NCBI RefSeq assembly: GCF_035594765.1
Contig: NC_085846.1
Span: forward strand, 18,587,190-18,651,189
Source of the DNA: Anolis carolinensis
Taxonomy: Eukaryota
DNA: 64,000 bases
Direction of reading: 5' to 3'
Positions 22,912-46,199 of the stretch are shown one piece after another; position 1 is the first letter of the stretch, and the number at the start of each line of letters is the position of its first letter. Both the position numbers and the translations under genes were made by a program. A model generated the notes under the pieces. The model was given only the letters and a program-made list of their open reading frames with translations, was not told the origin of the DNA and did no database searches.

Positions 22912-25214
22912 CACAGAATCCAGGCCCTGACTTTTACCAATCTCAATGCTCCACTGGAGAGACAAGCAGGGAGAGCTGGAGAGGACTGTAGCCAAACACC
23001 TGGGGAAGAAAGAACCACAAGCCAAATTCTCCAGCTGATATTCATCCCTGTTTGCTATTGGATCTCTTTCACTCTGCCTCCTCTCCTAGAGACAATGCAC
23101 TCCTACAATCTGATGAAAGCAAAAACAAACAAACCTCTTGTGAACAGAGATCACTAAGTCCTTGCTTCCCTTTGTTTGTCTGCAGTCCCTTCCAGCATTG
23201 TTTACTCATGGTCAGGCTTACAAGTCAAAACTCTCAACAGGGAGAGTTGACCTAAATCTCTTTGTTGTTTGATTGATTTCCTTCAATTTATAACTGCCTT
23301 AAAGGCACCCCAAAATATACTTTCATTCATACCAGGGGTTCTATTTAGTTTAAAAATTTGAATAATTCGGTCTTTTCTCTCTTTTCTGTCTTTTTATAAG
23401 CAACTTTTGGATTGAATCTCCATTTTTTTCACTGTATTTTTGGTATAATTTCCCAATTTTAAATAAAGAGCATGATATCCTGGACATTATTTACCCACTA
23501 GTAGTCCTTTTATTGATATTACATTATTAGGGCCTACCAGAAAATAATCTTTGGTAGTGAAGGTTGAGTGCCTATGTGAGAAGGAAGTGGGAATGTCCAT
23601 TCTTTCCCCTATTCTATTATTATTAGCCTCTATTAGGTTCCACTTTTTAAAATTTATTTTGCAGTTTGCTCCTGAGTTCCCTGTTCCTTTTTAAAAATAT
23701 ATATTTTTATTAGGGAAAATAAAAAAGAAGGGGGAAGGGGTATTTTTCTTTTACAAGCAAAGTGGAAGAACAATAGAGATGATAGGATAGTAGGAAAAAT
23801 CTATAAGGGAATACAGTAAGTGTGGGTAGATGTTTCAGGTATGGTAGGTGATGGAAAAGGTAGAAGGGTAGGAATGGGACAAGGGGTAGGATGGTTGGGA
23901 GAGGGGGGTTCTTGACCTCCCAATCTTCATCTTTGTGTATTCTTCTAGTTTGTTGTATTCTTGATATTTATCTTTCTTTATTTTGTCCTTTCCCTTTTCT
24001 TTAGTCTAATTCGCGTTCCTTCCTTCTTAAATTTTATTTCTTCATTGCTTAATTATCTGGCACTGATACATGCCTTCTTAGTCTTTGAATAATCTCCAGT
24101 CTGTTGGAGTCTCAGGTCCAGGATTTGAACAGCCCCCTTAGTAACAGGTGGGAAGGAAGATGACACTGTACTCCGAAACTCTGAACGATCTCTCCCAACA
24201 GCTTCATGTAGAGATGTTAAACAACATGGAGGATGGTACTGACCCCTGCGGGACACCACAAGACAATGGTTGCGGGGCCGAGTAGGTGTCCCTCAGCCAC
24301 ACCTTCTAGGAGTGACCCACCAGGAAGAACTGGAGACACTGCAAAGCAATACCTCTGAGACCAATACCCATACCAGAGGAAGGAATTCTCAAAACCATCC
24401 TTGAATATTATTTGATGAAGAAACCCCTATGTAATTCATGGGGTGCCCATAAATCGACCGGCGTCTTGAAGTCTTCCATACATACATATACAACTATCAA
24501 AGTTTACCTATCAGTGGACACTGTTGAAATAATTATTATCTTGAAAGCAAGGGACAAGGAAATTGTGCTGGAATTAAGCTTGCAGCCATTCAACTTAAAA
24601 ACGCTGCCTGGTTTCATTCCAAAGCTTGCTTTGTTGCATCACCCAAGTTCTACATATTTGTGCTTTTATTAGCAGGATCTGAAGCACAATCTTTCTCTTT
24701 CTCCCAACTCCCTCTACTGGCTGTTGTTTAACTTTTGAGATTAGAAATGTTATATATATCTGTTAGGCATGCAGCAATTTACACACATATGCCCAAGATT
24801 AACAACAATCACGTGAGAAAGACTGTCACCATTTTAAAAGATGTCCTTGAATTTTCTTGATAGATAACAATACCTTCAATCTGTATTTCTCCAAAATCTC
24901 AAACCAAAAATTTCATTAACAATAACCAAGCAGAAAGGTGTCCTGGACTTAGAATTAGACTAACTTTTGTAAATTTTACACAAATTATGTAGAGACAGAT
25001 TATTTCATGGCGGGAAGGGATGCAGAGCCCCTACAACCGTGAAGAACTGCCAATAAAAAAGATAGAATATCTCTGTTAATTTCTAAGTCCTCCAAGGTAG
25101 CTGCACGGTCAACCTGTAGCAGAAGTTAACCACAAAACTGCCCTGGAAGGTTGAGAGATTCCTAGGCTATAGATCCGCATAACATAGTTTAAATTATACT
25201 GCACCAATAGCAGT

Positions 25215-25770
25215 AGCAGTAGCAGCCAATAATAAAAGGACCAAGGCATTGATATCTCCTGCCCATCCTCTGTTTGGATACCAGCCAGCATGCCAATGCC
25301 TTAAATGAAGAAACAGCTTTCTAAAGTCTACAGAGATACTCTCAGGAACACCTCAGCAAGTGAGAGTCCAAAAGTGGCAGGCTAAAACCCGGAACCTCAA
25401 TCCATGTCTGATACCAAATGAGAAACTGGGCACACAGAAGACTGGGCAACTTGTAAGGTGCTGAACAGACTGCGCTCTAGCACCATGAGATGCAGAGCCA
25501 ATCTTAGGAAATGGGGCTACAAAGCAGAGTCCACGGTATGCGAGTGCAGAGAAGAGCAGACTACAGACTACTTACTACAATGCATCCTGAGCCCTGCCAC
25601 ACGCATAATAGAGGACCAAGAAGCAGTGACACCAGAGGCACTCCAAGTGGTCAGCTTCTGGTAAAAGACAATCCAGTATAATGTCAATTTCTAACTGTGT
25701 TTTTTAAAAATACATTATAACCGTACCCTCAATTTGCTTCTGACACAATAAATAAATAAATAAATAAATA
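25215..25770 (+). mobile_element. Vingi-like LINE fragment (paralogous copy)
   Basis: ORF 25458-25664; same flanks as the 9540 copy. Confidence 0.65.
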
Positions 25771-26467
25771 CTACACTATAATTGTCTCCTTTGAGAGAAA
25801 TTAAAGTGGGGTATAAATAAATAAAATAATTATAATTATAATTGGACTGCACTATATGGGACTACACTGACCATATAATGCAGTTCCAAATTGCATTATA
25901 TGGCAGTTTAGATCCAGCCCTAGAAAGAGCAAATTAATCAAATCTACAAATAATCAAATCCATGAAGGTAAAACCTACAAATATGGAGTGTTAGCTTTAT
26001 CAGACTCAAACAATGATGGATCTGGACCAAACTTGGCACAAATACTCAATATGCCCAAATTTGACATTTTGGAGTTGTAGTTGCTGGGACTTATAGTTCA
26101 CCTACAATCAGAGTCCCTTGAACCCCACCAATGATAGAATTGGGACAACTTCTCACACAGAACCTCCATGGCCAACAGAAAATACTGGCCTTTGGTGACC
26201 ACCCTGCGACCCCCCAGGTGAGACAGCACATGGTGAAACAACAATAAGTTGCCACAATTTTCTTCCAGGGTTGCTTGTACATTTGAGAGGACAGAATTCA
26301 GCAGCATGATGAAATTACATTTAAGGCAGTTGAATGTACAGCAGTAGCATGCTGAAGCCACCCCATAAGGATAATTTCACCTCTGTTCAGTTGTGACTGG
26401 TTTCAGCATGTTATATCATTGTCCTTAAAAGAAATTCTCTAGGTTCTACTTCTTTAAAGGGTTAATG

Positions 26468-26778
26468 CAGGGGTCCCTAAACTTTTTCAACAGGGGGCCA
26501 GTTCACTGTCCCCAGACCGTTGGAGGACTTCTTCAGTGACAGCGGCACGAAAGGTGCGCGCAGAATGAGTGCTGCACACGCCTTCCTCAGTGGCAGCAGC
26601 GGCGGGAAAGATGTATGTGGACCAAGGGAGGAGGGAAAGCCACACGCCTTTCCCTCCTTCTCTTTCGCGCCGCACGAGCCTTCCTCAGCGGAGAAGGAGG
26701 AAGCTGCTGCCGTGGGGGCCGAATAAATGGCTTTGATGGGCCGCATGTGGCCCACGGGTCATAGTTTGGAGACCCCAG
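26468..26778. mobile_element. hAT MITE, OposCharlie1(OC1)-like (also 36975-37317 and 47496-47838)
   Basis: CAGGGGTCC..AAACTTTT..CAGGGGGCCAGTTCACTGTCCC end and GGCCGCATGTGGCCC..TAGTTTG..GACCCC end; 8-bp TSD GGTTAATG; absent upstream of gene 2. Confidence 0.75.
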
Positions 26779-27470
26779 GGTTAATGGGATGAAGGGTCCC
26801 CCAAAAGCCACACCACAGACACACGTATTTATCTTTACACATTACTAAAATTGACGTATTATGAATCTAAAAGAACATTCTGCCTCAGGTCTCGATGGGA
26901 GAATATGACAAGTATCGCTTGTCCAACTGTGAATAAGATGTGTCTTAATCACTATGTTATAAAAATGAATATAATGGCACACTGAAGCCATCTCCTAAGA
27001 GTTATTATAAGGCTGCTTCCTTGGAATAAGCTTTAGCCTATCCCAAATAAGTAACTTTCTAGGCTCTGTAACAAGAATGTATACAATAAATGGTTAATAG
27101 AAATGGGATCCCCATTCCCAAAAACTTGTATAGGCTGTATTATCACTAGCATGCATATTTATCTCTACATCTGCTCAACCCCTTTGGGGAAAAAAACTGA
27201 AACAATCATCAAAAGATCACACTCCCTCCTCTCTCATGAACAAGCTTTGGGGAATGTGGGTATGTATAAGAGAGTGTGACTGACAGAAAACTAGCCAGAT
27301 AAAGAAAAGCCACCAGACTGTCAGAGTGGTAGGTAAAAAGCTGGTAGGTGGACATGTTCTTTGCCTTCAGTGCCAAAAGGAAGCACCAGAGAAATGGGAC
27401 ATGAGAGCAAATTTGGTATAAGAAGTTTGGCAATATGTTCTTATTAATACTTTTCCTACCTTGCTAGATA

Positions 27471-33009
<5,539 letters not shown>

Positions 33010-33238
33010 GCCCATCTCTGGACCTCTCACCTTCCTGGCGACACACATAGGGAATGCTGATCTTAACTACTCTAAGAAATACAAGTCAGGAAACCACAGC
33101 AGCGTCCAGCTAACCAAAGTGTATATTTAGTGTTTTGTCTTTTTTTACTTTAATGACTTTGTAGTCATCAGTGAATTTTAATACATTCTGTTATGATATT
33201 GACATAAAGAACAAGTCAAATCTACTGAGTGGTGGGAA

Positions 33239-34270
33239 TCACACATCTATTACTGAGCTGTGCTATTATCCAAAAGCTTGATCTCAGATCCAGGTTTTTA
33301 CTTTTTGTCTGAAGGCCAGGAGGGAGGGGGCTGATCTTATATTGTTAGGGAGGTAGGTCCACCGCCAAGGGGTCACCATTGAGAAGGCCCTGTCTCTCAT
33401 CCCCACCAGTTGCACTTGCGAAGCAGGCTGGACTGAAAGCAGGGCTTCCCCAGAATATCTTAATCTTTGAGATGGTTCATAAGGGAAAATATGTTCAAAC
33501 AGGTGAGTTGGCCAGAACTGATTAGGGCTTTATAGGCTAAAGCCAGCACTTTGAATTGTGCTTGGTAGCAGACTGGCAGCCAGTGGATCTGGTGCAACAG
33601 GAGAGTTGTGTGCTCCCTTTACACCACTTCAGTGATCAACCTGGCTGCCACCTGTTTGACCAATTGAAGCTTCCAAACAGTCTTCAAAGGCAACCCCACA
33701 TAGAGTGTGTTGCAGTAATCTGTACGGAAGAGTGGGCAACCATGGCCAAGTCAGACTTTCCAAGGTACGGGCACAACTGGTGCACAAGTTTTAATTGTGT
33801 GAAAGGTCCCCTGGCCAATGCCGAAGCCTGGGGTTCCAGGCTCAGCAATGAATCCAGAACCCTCAAGCTGCAAACCTGGAGTGTGATCCCATCCAACACA
33901 GACTGTAACCCTATGCCCTGTTTGGATTTGAAACTGACCAGGAGGACCTCTGTCTTGTCTGGATTCAATTTCAATTTGTTCGCCCTCATCCAGTCCGACA
34001 CAGTTGCCAAGCACCGGTACAGGATTTGAACAGCCCCCTTAGTAACAGGTGGGAAGGAAGATGACACTGTACTCCAAAACTCTGAATGATCTCTCCCAAC
34101 AGCCTCATGTACAGATGTTAAACAGCATGGGGGATGGTACTGACCCCTGAGGAACCCCACAAGACAATGGTTGCGACGCCGAGTAGGTGTCCCCCAGCCA
34201 CACCTTCTAGGAGTGACCCTCCAGGAAGGACTGGAGACACTGCAAAGCAATACCTCTGAGACCGATACCC
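33239..34270 (-). mobile_element. L2 LINE fragment (RT region); copy at ~43760-44791, partial at ~24115-24370
   Basis: WMRANKLKLNPDKTEVL and CGVPQGS-like RT motifs in degenerate frames. Confidence 0.85.
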
Positions 34271-35124
34271 ATACCAGAGGAAGGAATTCCCAAAACCGTC
34301 CTTGAATATTATTTGATGAAGAAACCCCTATGTAATTCATGGGGTGCCCATAAGTCGACTGGCATCTTGAAGTCTTCCATACATACATATACAACTATCA
34401 AAGTTTACCTATCAGTGGACACTGTTGAAATAATTGTTATCTTGAAAGCAAGGGACAAGGGAATTGTTTTTGTTGCCGGAATTAAGCTTGCAGTCATTCA
34501 ACTTAAAAACTCTGCCTGGTTTCTTTCCAAAGCTTGCTTTGTTGCATCACCCAAGTTCTACATATTTGTGCTTTTATTAGCAGGATCTGAAGCACAATCT
34601 TTCTCTTTCTCCCAACCCCCACTATGGCTGTTGTTTAACTTTTGAGATTAGAAATGTTGTATATATCTGTTAGGCATGCAGCAATTTACACACCTATGCC
34701 CAAGATTAACAACAATCATGTGAGAAAGACTGTCACCATCTTAAAAGATGTCCTTGAATTTTCTTGATAGGTAACAATACCTTCAATCTGTATTTCTTCA
34801 AAATCTCAAACCAAAAATTTCATTAACAATAACCAAGCAGAAAGGTGTCCTGGACTTAGAATTAGACTAACTTTTGTAAATTTTACACAAATTATGTAGA
34901 GACAGATTATTCCATGGCGGGAAGGGATGCAGAGCCCCTACAACCGTGAAGAACTGCCAATAAAAAAGATAGAATATCTCTGTTAATTTCTAAGTCCTCC
35001 AAGGTAGCTGCACGGTCAACCTGTAGCAGAAGTTAACCACAAAACTGCCCTGGAAGGTTGAGAGATTCCTAGGCTATAGATCCGCATAACATAGTTTAAA
35101 TTATACTGCACCAATAGCAGTAGC

Positions 35125-35678
35125 AGTAGCAGCCAATAATGAAAGTACCAAGGCATTGATATCTCTGGCCCATCCTCTGTTTAGATACCAGCCAGCATGC
35201 CAATGCCTTAAATGAAGAAACAGCTTTCTAAAGTCTAAAGAGATACTCTCAGGAACACCTCAGCACGTGAGAGTCCAAAAGTGGCAGGCTAAAACCCGGA
35301 ACCTCAATCCATGTCTGATACCAGATGAGAAACTCCCTCCTGGGCACACAGAAGACTGGGCAACTTGGAAAGTGTTGAACAGACTGCGCTGTGGCACCAT
35401 GAGATGCAGAGCCAATCTTAGGAAATGGGGCTTCAAAGCAGAGTCCACGACATGTGAGTGCAGAGAAGAGCAGACCACAGACTACTTACTACAATGCAAC
35501 CTGAGCCCTGCCACACGCATAATAGAGGACCTTCTCGCAGTGACACCAGAGGCACTCCAAGTGGCCAGCTTCTGGTAAAAGACAATCCAGTATAATGTCA
35601 ATTTTTAACTTTGTGCTTTTAAAAAATACATTATAACCGTACCCTCAATTTGCTTCTGACACAATAAATAAATAAATA
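35125..35678 (+). mobile_element. Vingi-like LINE fragment (paralogous copy)
   Basis: ORF 35267-35578. Confidence 0.65.
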
Positions 35679-36075
35679 CTACACTATAATTGTCTCCTTT
35701 GGGAGAAATTAAAGTGGGGTATAAATAAATAAAATAATTATAATTATAATTGGACTGCATTGGACTACACTGACCATATAACGCAGTTCCAAATTGCATT
35801 ATATGGCAGTTTAGATCCAGCCCTAGAAAGAGCAAATTAATCAAATCTACAAATAATCAAATCCATGAAGGTAAAACCTACAAATATTAGCTTTATCAGT
35901 AATGTTAAAAACAAAACAAATATGAAGCAAAACAAAGAGCAGAGATAAGAAAAAGTGCAATACTTAACAAAATTATCCAACAGACTCAAATCAAAGAAAC
36001 TAACCATTTAGCCTATATGTACACACATACACACATATGCATATTATCATTATCATTTATTATTATACCTTACAC

Positions 36076-36725
36076 CAGTTGTACTCAACCTAATGCCGCA
36101 ACCCCTTAGAGTATTGTTCCTCAAGTTGTGGTGACCCTTAACCATATAATTATTTTTGTTGCTACTTCATAACTGTAATTTTGCTACTGTTATTAATTGT
36201 AATGTAAATATCTGATATGCAGGATGTATTTCAATTCACTGGACCAAATTTGGCACAAATAACCAATACGCCCAAATTTGAATACTGGTGGGGTTCGGGG
36301 AGGGGAATGATTTTGTCATTTGGGAGCTGTAGTTGCTGGGATTTGTAGTTCACCTACAATCAAGAGCATTCTGAACTCCACCAACGATGGAACTGAGCCA
36401 AACTTGGCACACAGAACTCCTATGACCAACAAAAATACTGGAAGGTTTGGTGGGCATTGACCTTGAGGTTTGGAGTTGTAGTTCACCTACATCTAGAGAG
36501 CACTGCCGACTCAAACAATGATGGATCTGGACCAAACTTGGCACAAATTCTCAATATGCCCAAATTTGACGTTTGGGAGTTGTGGTTGCTGGGACTTATA
36601 GTTCACCTACAATCAGAGCCCCTTGAACCCCACCAACGATAGAATTGGGCTAATCTTCCCACACAGAACTTCCATGGCCAACAGAAAATACTGGTCTTTG
36701 GTGACCCCCCTTGCAACCCCCCAGG
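36076..36725 (-). mobile_element. SPIN-like hAT non-autonomous element (copy 46597-47246; pieces at 11097-11189, 12585-12749 and ~26000-26218)
   Basis: ATTTTTGTTGCTACTTCATAACTGTAATTTTGCTACTGTT..GTAATGTAAATATCTGATATGCAGGATG matches the recalled SPIN/URR1 terminal region; the other end GGTTGAGAAATGCTG survives near 12749. Confidence 0.75.
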
Positions 36726-37995
36726 TGAGACAGCACATGGTGAGACAACAATAAGTTGCCACAATTTTCTTCCAGGATTGCTTGTACATTTGAGAGGACA
36801 GAATTCAGCAGCATAATGAAATTACAGTTTAGGCAGTTGAATATACAGCAGTAGCATGCTGAAGCCACTCCATAAGGATAATTTCACCTCTGTTCAGTTG
36901 TGACTGGTTTCAGCATGTTATATCATTGTCCTTAAAAGAAACTCTCTAGGTTCTACTTCTTTAAAGGGTTTATGCAGGGGTCCTAAACCTTTTCAACAGG
37001 GGGCCAGTTCACTGTCCCCAGACTGTTGGAGGACTTCTTCAGTGACAGCGGCATGAAAGGTGCGCGCAGAATGAGTGAGGAGGGAAAGGCACACACTTTT
37101 GATCCTCTTTCGTGCTGCACACGCCTTCCTCAGTGGCAGCAGCGGTGGGAAAGGTGTATGTGGACCAAGGGAGGAGGGAAAGGCGCCTTTCCCTCCTTCT
37201 CTTTCGAGCCGCACAAGCCTTCCTCAGCGGAGAAGAAGGAAGCTGCTGCCGTGGGGGCCGAATAAATGGCTTTGATGGGCCGCATGTGGCCCGCGGGCCA
37301 TAGTTTGGGGACCCCAGGGATAATGGGATGAAGGGTCCCCCAAAAGTCACACCACAGACATACATGTTTATCTTTACACATTATCACAATTGACGTATTG
37401 TGAATCTAAAGGAAAATTCTGCCTCAGGTCTTGATGACAAGTATCACTGTTCCAGCTGTGAATAAGATATGTCTTAATCACTATGTTATAAAAATGAATA
37501 TAATGACACACTGAAGCCATCTCCTAAGAGTTATTATAAGGCTGCTTCCTTGGAATAAGCTTTAGCCTATCCCAAATAAGTAACTTTCTAGGCTCTGTAA
37601 CAAGAACGTATACAATAAATGGTTAATAGAAAAGGGATCCCCACTCCCAAAAATTTAGTAGGCTGTCTTATCACTGGCATGCATATTTTGCTCTACATCT
37701 GCTCTACCTCATTGGGGAAAAACTTGAAACTATTATCAAAAGATCACAGCCCCTCCTCTCTCATGAACAAGCTTTGGGGAATGTGGGTATGTATAAGAGA
37801 GTAAGACTGACAGAAAACTAGCCAGATAAAGAAAAGCCACCAGACTGTCAGAGTGGTAGGTAAAAAGCTGGTAGGTGGACATGTTCTTTACCTTCAGTGC
37901 CAAAAGGAAGTACCAGAGGAATGGGACATGAGAGCAACTTTGGGATAAGAGGTATGGCAATACGTTCTTATTAATACTTTTTCCTGCCTTGCTAG

Positions 37996-43530
<5,535 letters not shown>

Positions 43531-45645
43531 GCCCATCTCTGGACCTCTCACCTTCCTGGCGACACACATAGGGAATGCTGATCTTAACTACTCTAAGAAA
43601 TACAAGTCAGGAAACCACAGCAGCGTCCAGCTAACCAAAGTGTATATTTAGTGTTTTGTCTTTTTTTACTTTAATGACTTTGTAGTCATCAGTGAATTTT
43701 AATACATTCTGTTATGATATTGACATAAAGAACAAGTCAAATCTACTGAGTGGTGGGAATCACACATCTATTACTGAGCTGTGCTATTATCCAAAAGCTT
43801 GATCTCAGATCCAGGTTTTTACTTTTTGTCTGAAGGCCAGGAGGGAGGGGGCTGATCTTATATTGTTAGGGAGGTAGGTCCACCGCCAAGGGGTCACCAT
43901 TGAGAAGGCCCTGTCTCTCATCCCCACCAGTTGCACTTGCGAAGCAGGCTGGACTGAAAGCAGGGCTTCCCCAGAATATCTTAATCTTTGAGATGGTTCA
44001 TAAGGGAAAATATGTTCAAACAGGTGAGTTGGCCAGAACTGATTAGGGCTTTATAGGCTAAAGCCAGCACTTTGAATTGTGCTTGGTAGCAGACTGGCAG
44101 CCAGTGGATCTGGTGCAACAGGAGAGTTGTGTGCTCCCTTTACACCACTTCAGTGATCAACCTGGCTGCCACCTGTTTGACCAATTGAAGCTTCCAAACA
44201 GTCTTCAAAGGCAACCCCACATAGAGTGTGTTGCAGTAATCTGTACGGAAGAGTGGGCAACCATGGCCAAGTCAGACTTCCCAAGGTACGGGCACAACTG
44301 GTGCACAAGTTTTAATTGTGTGAAAGGTCCCCTGGCCAATGCCGAAGCCTGGGGTTCCAGGCTCAGCAATGAATCCAGAACCCTCAAGCTGCAAACCTGG
44401 AGTGTGATCCCATCCAACACAGACTGTAACCCTATGCCCTGTTTGGATTTGAAACTGACCAGGAGGACCTCTGTCTTGTCTGGATTCAATTTCAATTTGT
44501 TCGCCCTCATCCAGTCCGACACAGTTGCCAAGCACCGGTACAGGATTTGAACAGCCCCCTTAGTAACAGGTGGGAAGGAAGATGACACTGTACTCCAAAA
44601 CTCTGAATGATCTCTCCCAACAGCCTCATGTACAGATGTTAAACAGCATGGGGGATGGTACTGACCCCTGAGGAACCCCACAAGACAATGGTTGCGACGC
44701 CGAGTAGGTGTCCCCCAGCCACACCTTCTAGGAGTGACCCTCCAGGAAGGACTGGAGACACTGCAAAGCAATACCTCTGAGACCGATACCCATACCAGAG
44801 GAAGGAATTCCCAAAACCGTCCTTGAATATTATTTGATGAAGAAACCCCTATGTAATTCATGGGGTGCCCATAAGTCGACTGGCATCTTGAAGTCTTCCA
44901 TACATACATATACAACTATCAAAGTTTACCTATCAGTGGACACTGTTGAAATAATTGTTATCTTGAAAGCAAGGGACAAGGGAATTGTTTTTGTTGCCGG
45001 AATTAAGCTTGCAGTCATTCAACTTAAAAACTCTGCCTGGTTTCTTTCCAAAGCTTGCTTTGTTGCATCACCCAAGTTCTACATATTTGTGCTTTTATTA
45101 GCAGGATCTGAAGCACAATCTTTCTCTTTCTCCCAACCCCCACTATGGCTGTTGTTTAACTTTTGAGATTAGAAATGTTGTATATATCTGTTAGGCATGC
45201 AGCAATTTACACACCTATGCCCAAGATTAACAACAATCATGTGAGAAAGACTGTCACCATCTTAAAAGATGTCCTTGAATTTTCTTGATAGGTAACAATA
45301 CCTTCAATCTGTATTTCTTCAAAATCTCAAACCAAAAATTTCATTAACAATAACCAAGCAGAAAGGTGTCCTGGACTTAGAATTAGACTAACTTTTGTAA
45401 ATTTTACACAAATTATGTAGAGACAGATTATTCCATGGCGGGAAGGGATGCAGAGCCCCTACAACCGTGAAGAACTGCCAATAAAAAAGATAGAATATCT
45501 CTGTTAATTTCTAAGTCCTCCAAGGTAGCTGCACGGTCAACCTGTAGCAGAAGTTAACCACAAAACTGCCCTGGAAGGTTGAGAGATTCCTAGGCTATAG
45601 ATCCGCATAACATAGTTTAAATTATACTGCACCAATAGCAGTAGC

Positions 45646-46199
45646 AGTAGCAGCCAATAATGAAAGTACCAAGGCATTGATATCTCTGGCCCATCCTCTG
45701 TTTAGATACCAGCCAGCATGCCAATGCCTTAAATGAAGAAACAGCTTTCTAAAGTCTAAAGAGATACTCTCAGGAACACCTCAGCACGTGAGAGTCCAAA
45801 AGTGGCAGGCTAAAACCCGGAACCTCAATCCATGTCTGATACCAGATGAGAAACTCCCTCCTGGGCACACAGAAGACTGGGCAACTTGGAAAGTGTTGAA
45901 CAGACTGCGCTGTGGCACCATGAGATGCAGAGCCAATCTTAGGAAATGGGGCTTCAAAGCAGAGTCCACGACATGTGAGTGCAGAGAAGAGCAGACCACA
46001 GACTACTTACTACAATGCAACCTGAGCCCTGCCACACGCATAATAGAGGACCTTCTCGCAGTGACACCAGAGGCACTCCAAGTGGCCAGCTTCTGGTAAA
46101 AGACAATCCAGTATAATGTCAATTTTTAACTTTGTGCTTTTAAAAAATACATTATAACCGTACCCTCAATTTGCTTCTGACACAATAAATAAATAAATA
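45646..46199 (+). mobile_element. Vingi-like LINE fragment (duplicated copy)
   Basis: ORF 45788-46099, identical to the 35267 ORF. Confidence 0.65.

Noticed and set aside
22211-22991. Spaced palindromic repeats resembling a CRISPR array, with ORFs
   Set aside because: Vertebrate DNA; units are ~60 nt and degenerate, spacers are mutually similar, no cas genes, and the array lies within a TSD-bounded transposon.
33684-34394. 236-aa minus-strand ORF as a host gene (also 44205-44915)
   Set aside because: Frame-mosaic of a decayed L2 reverse transcriptase; repeated only because of the duplication.
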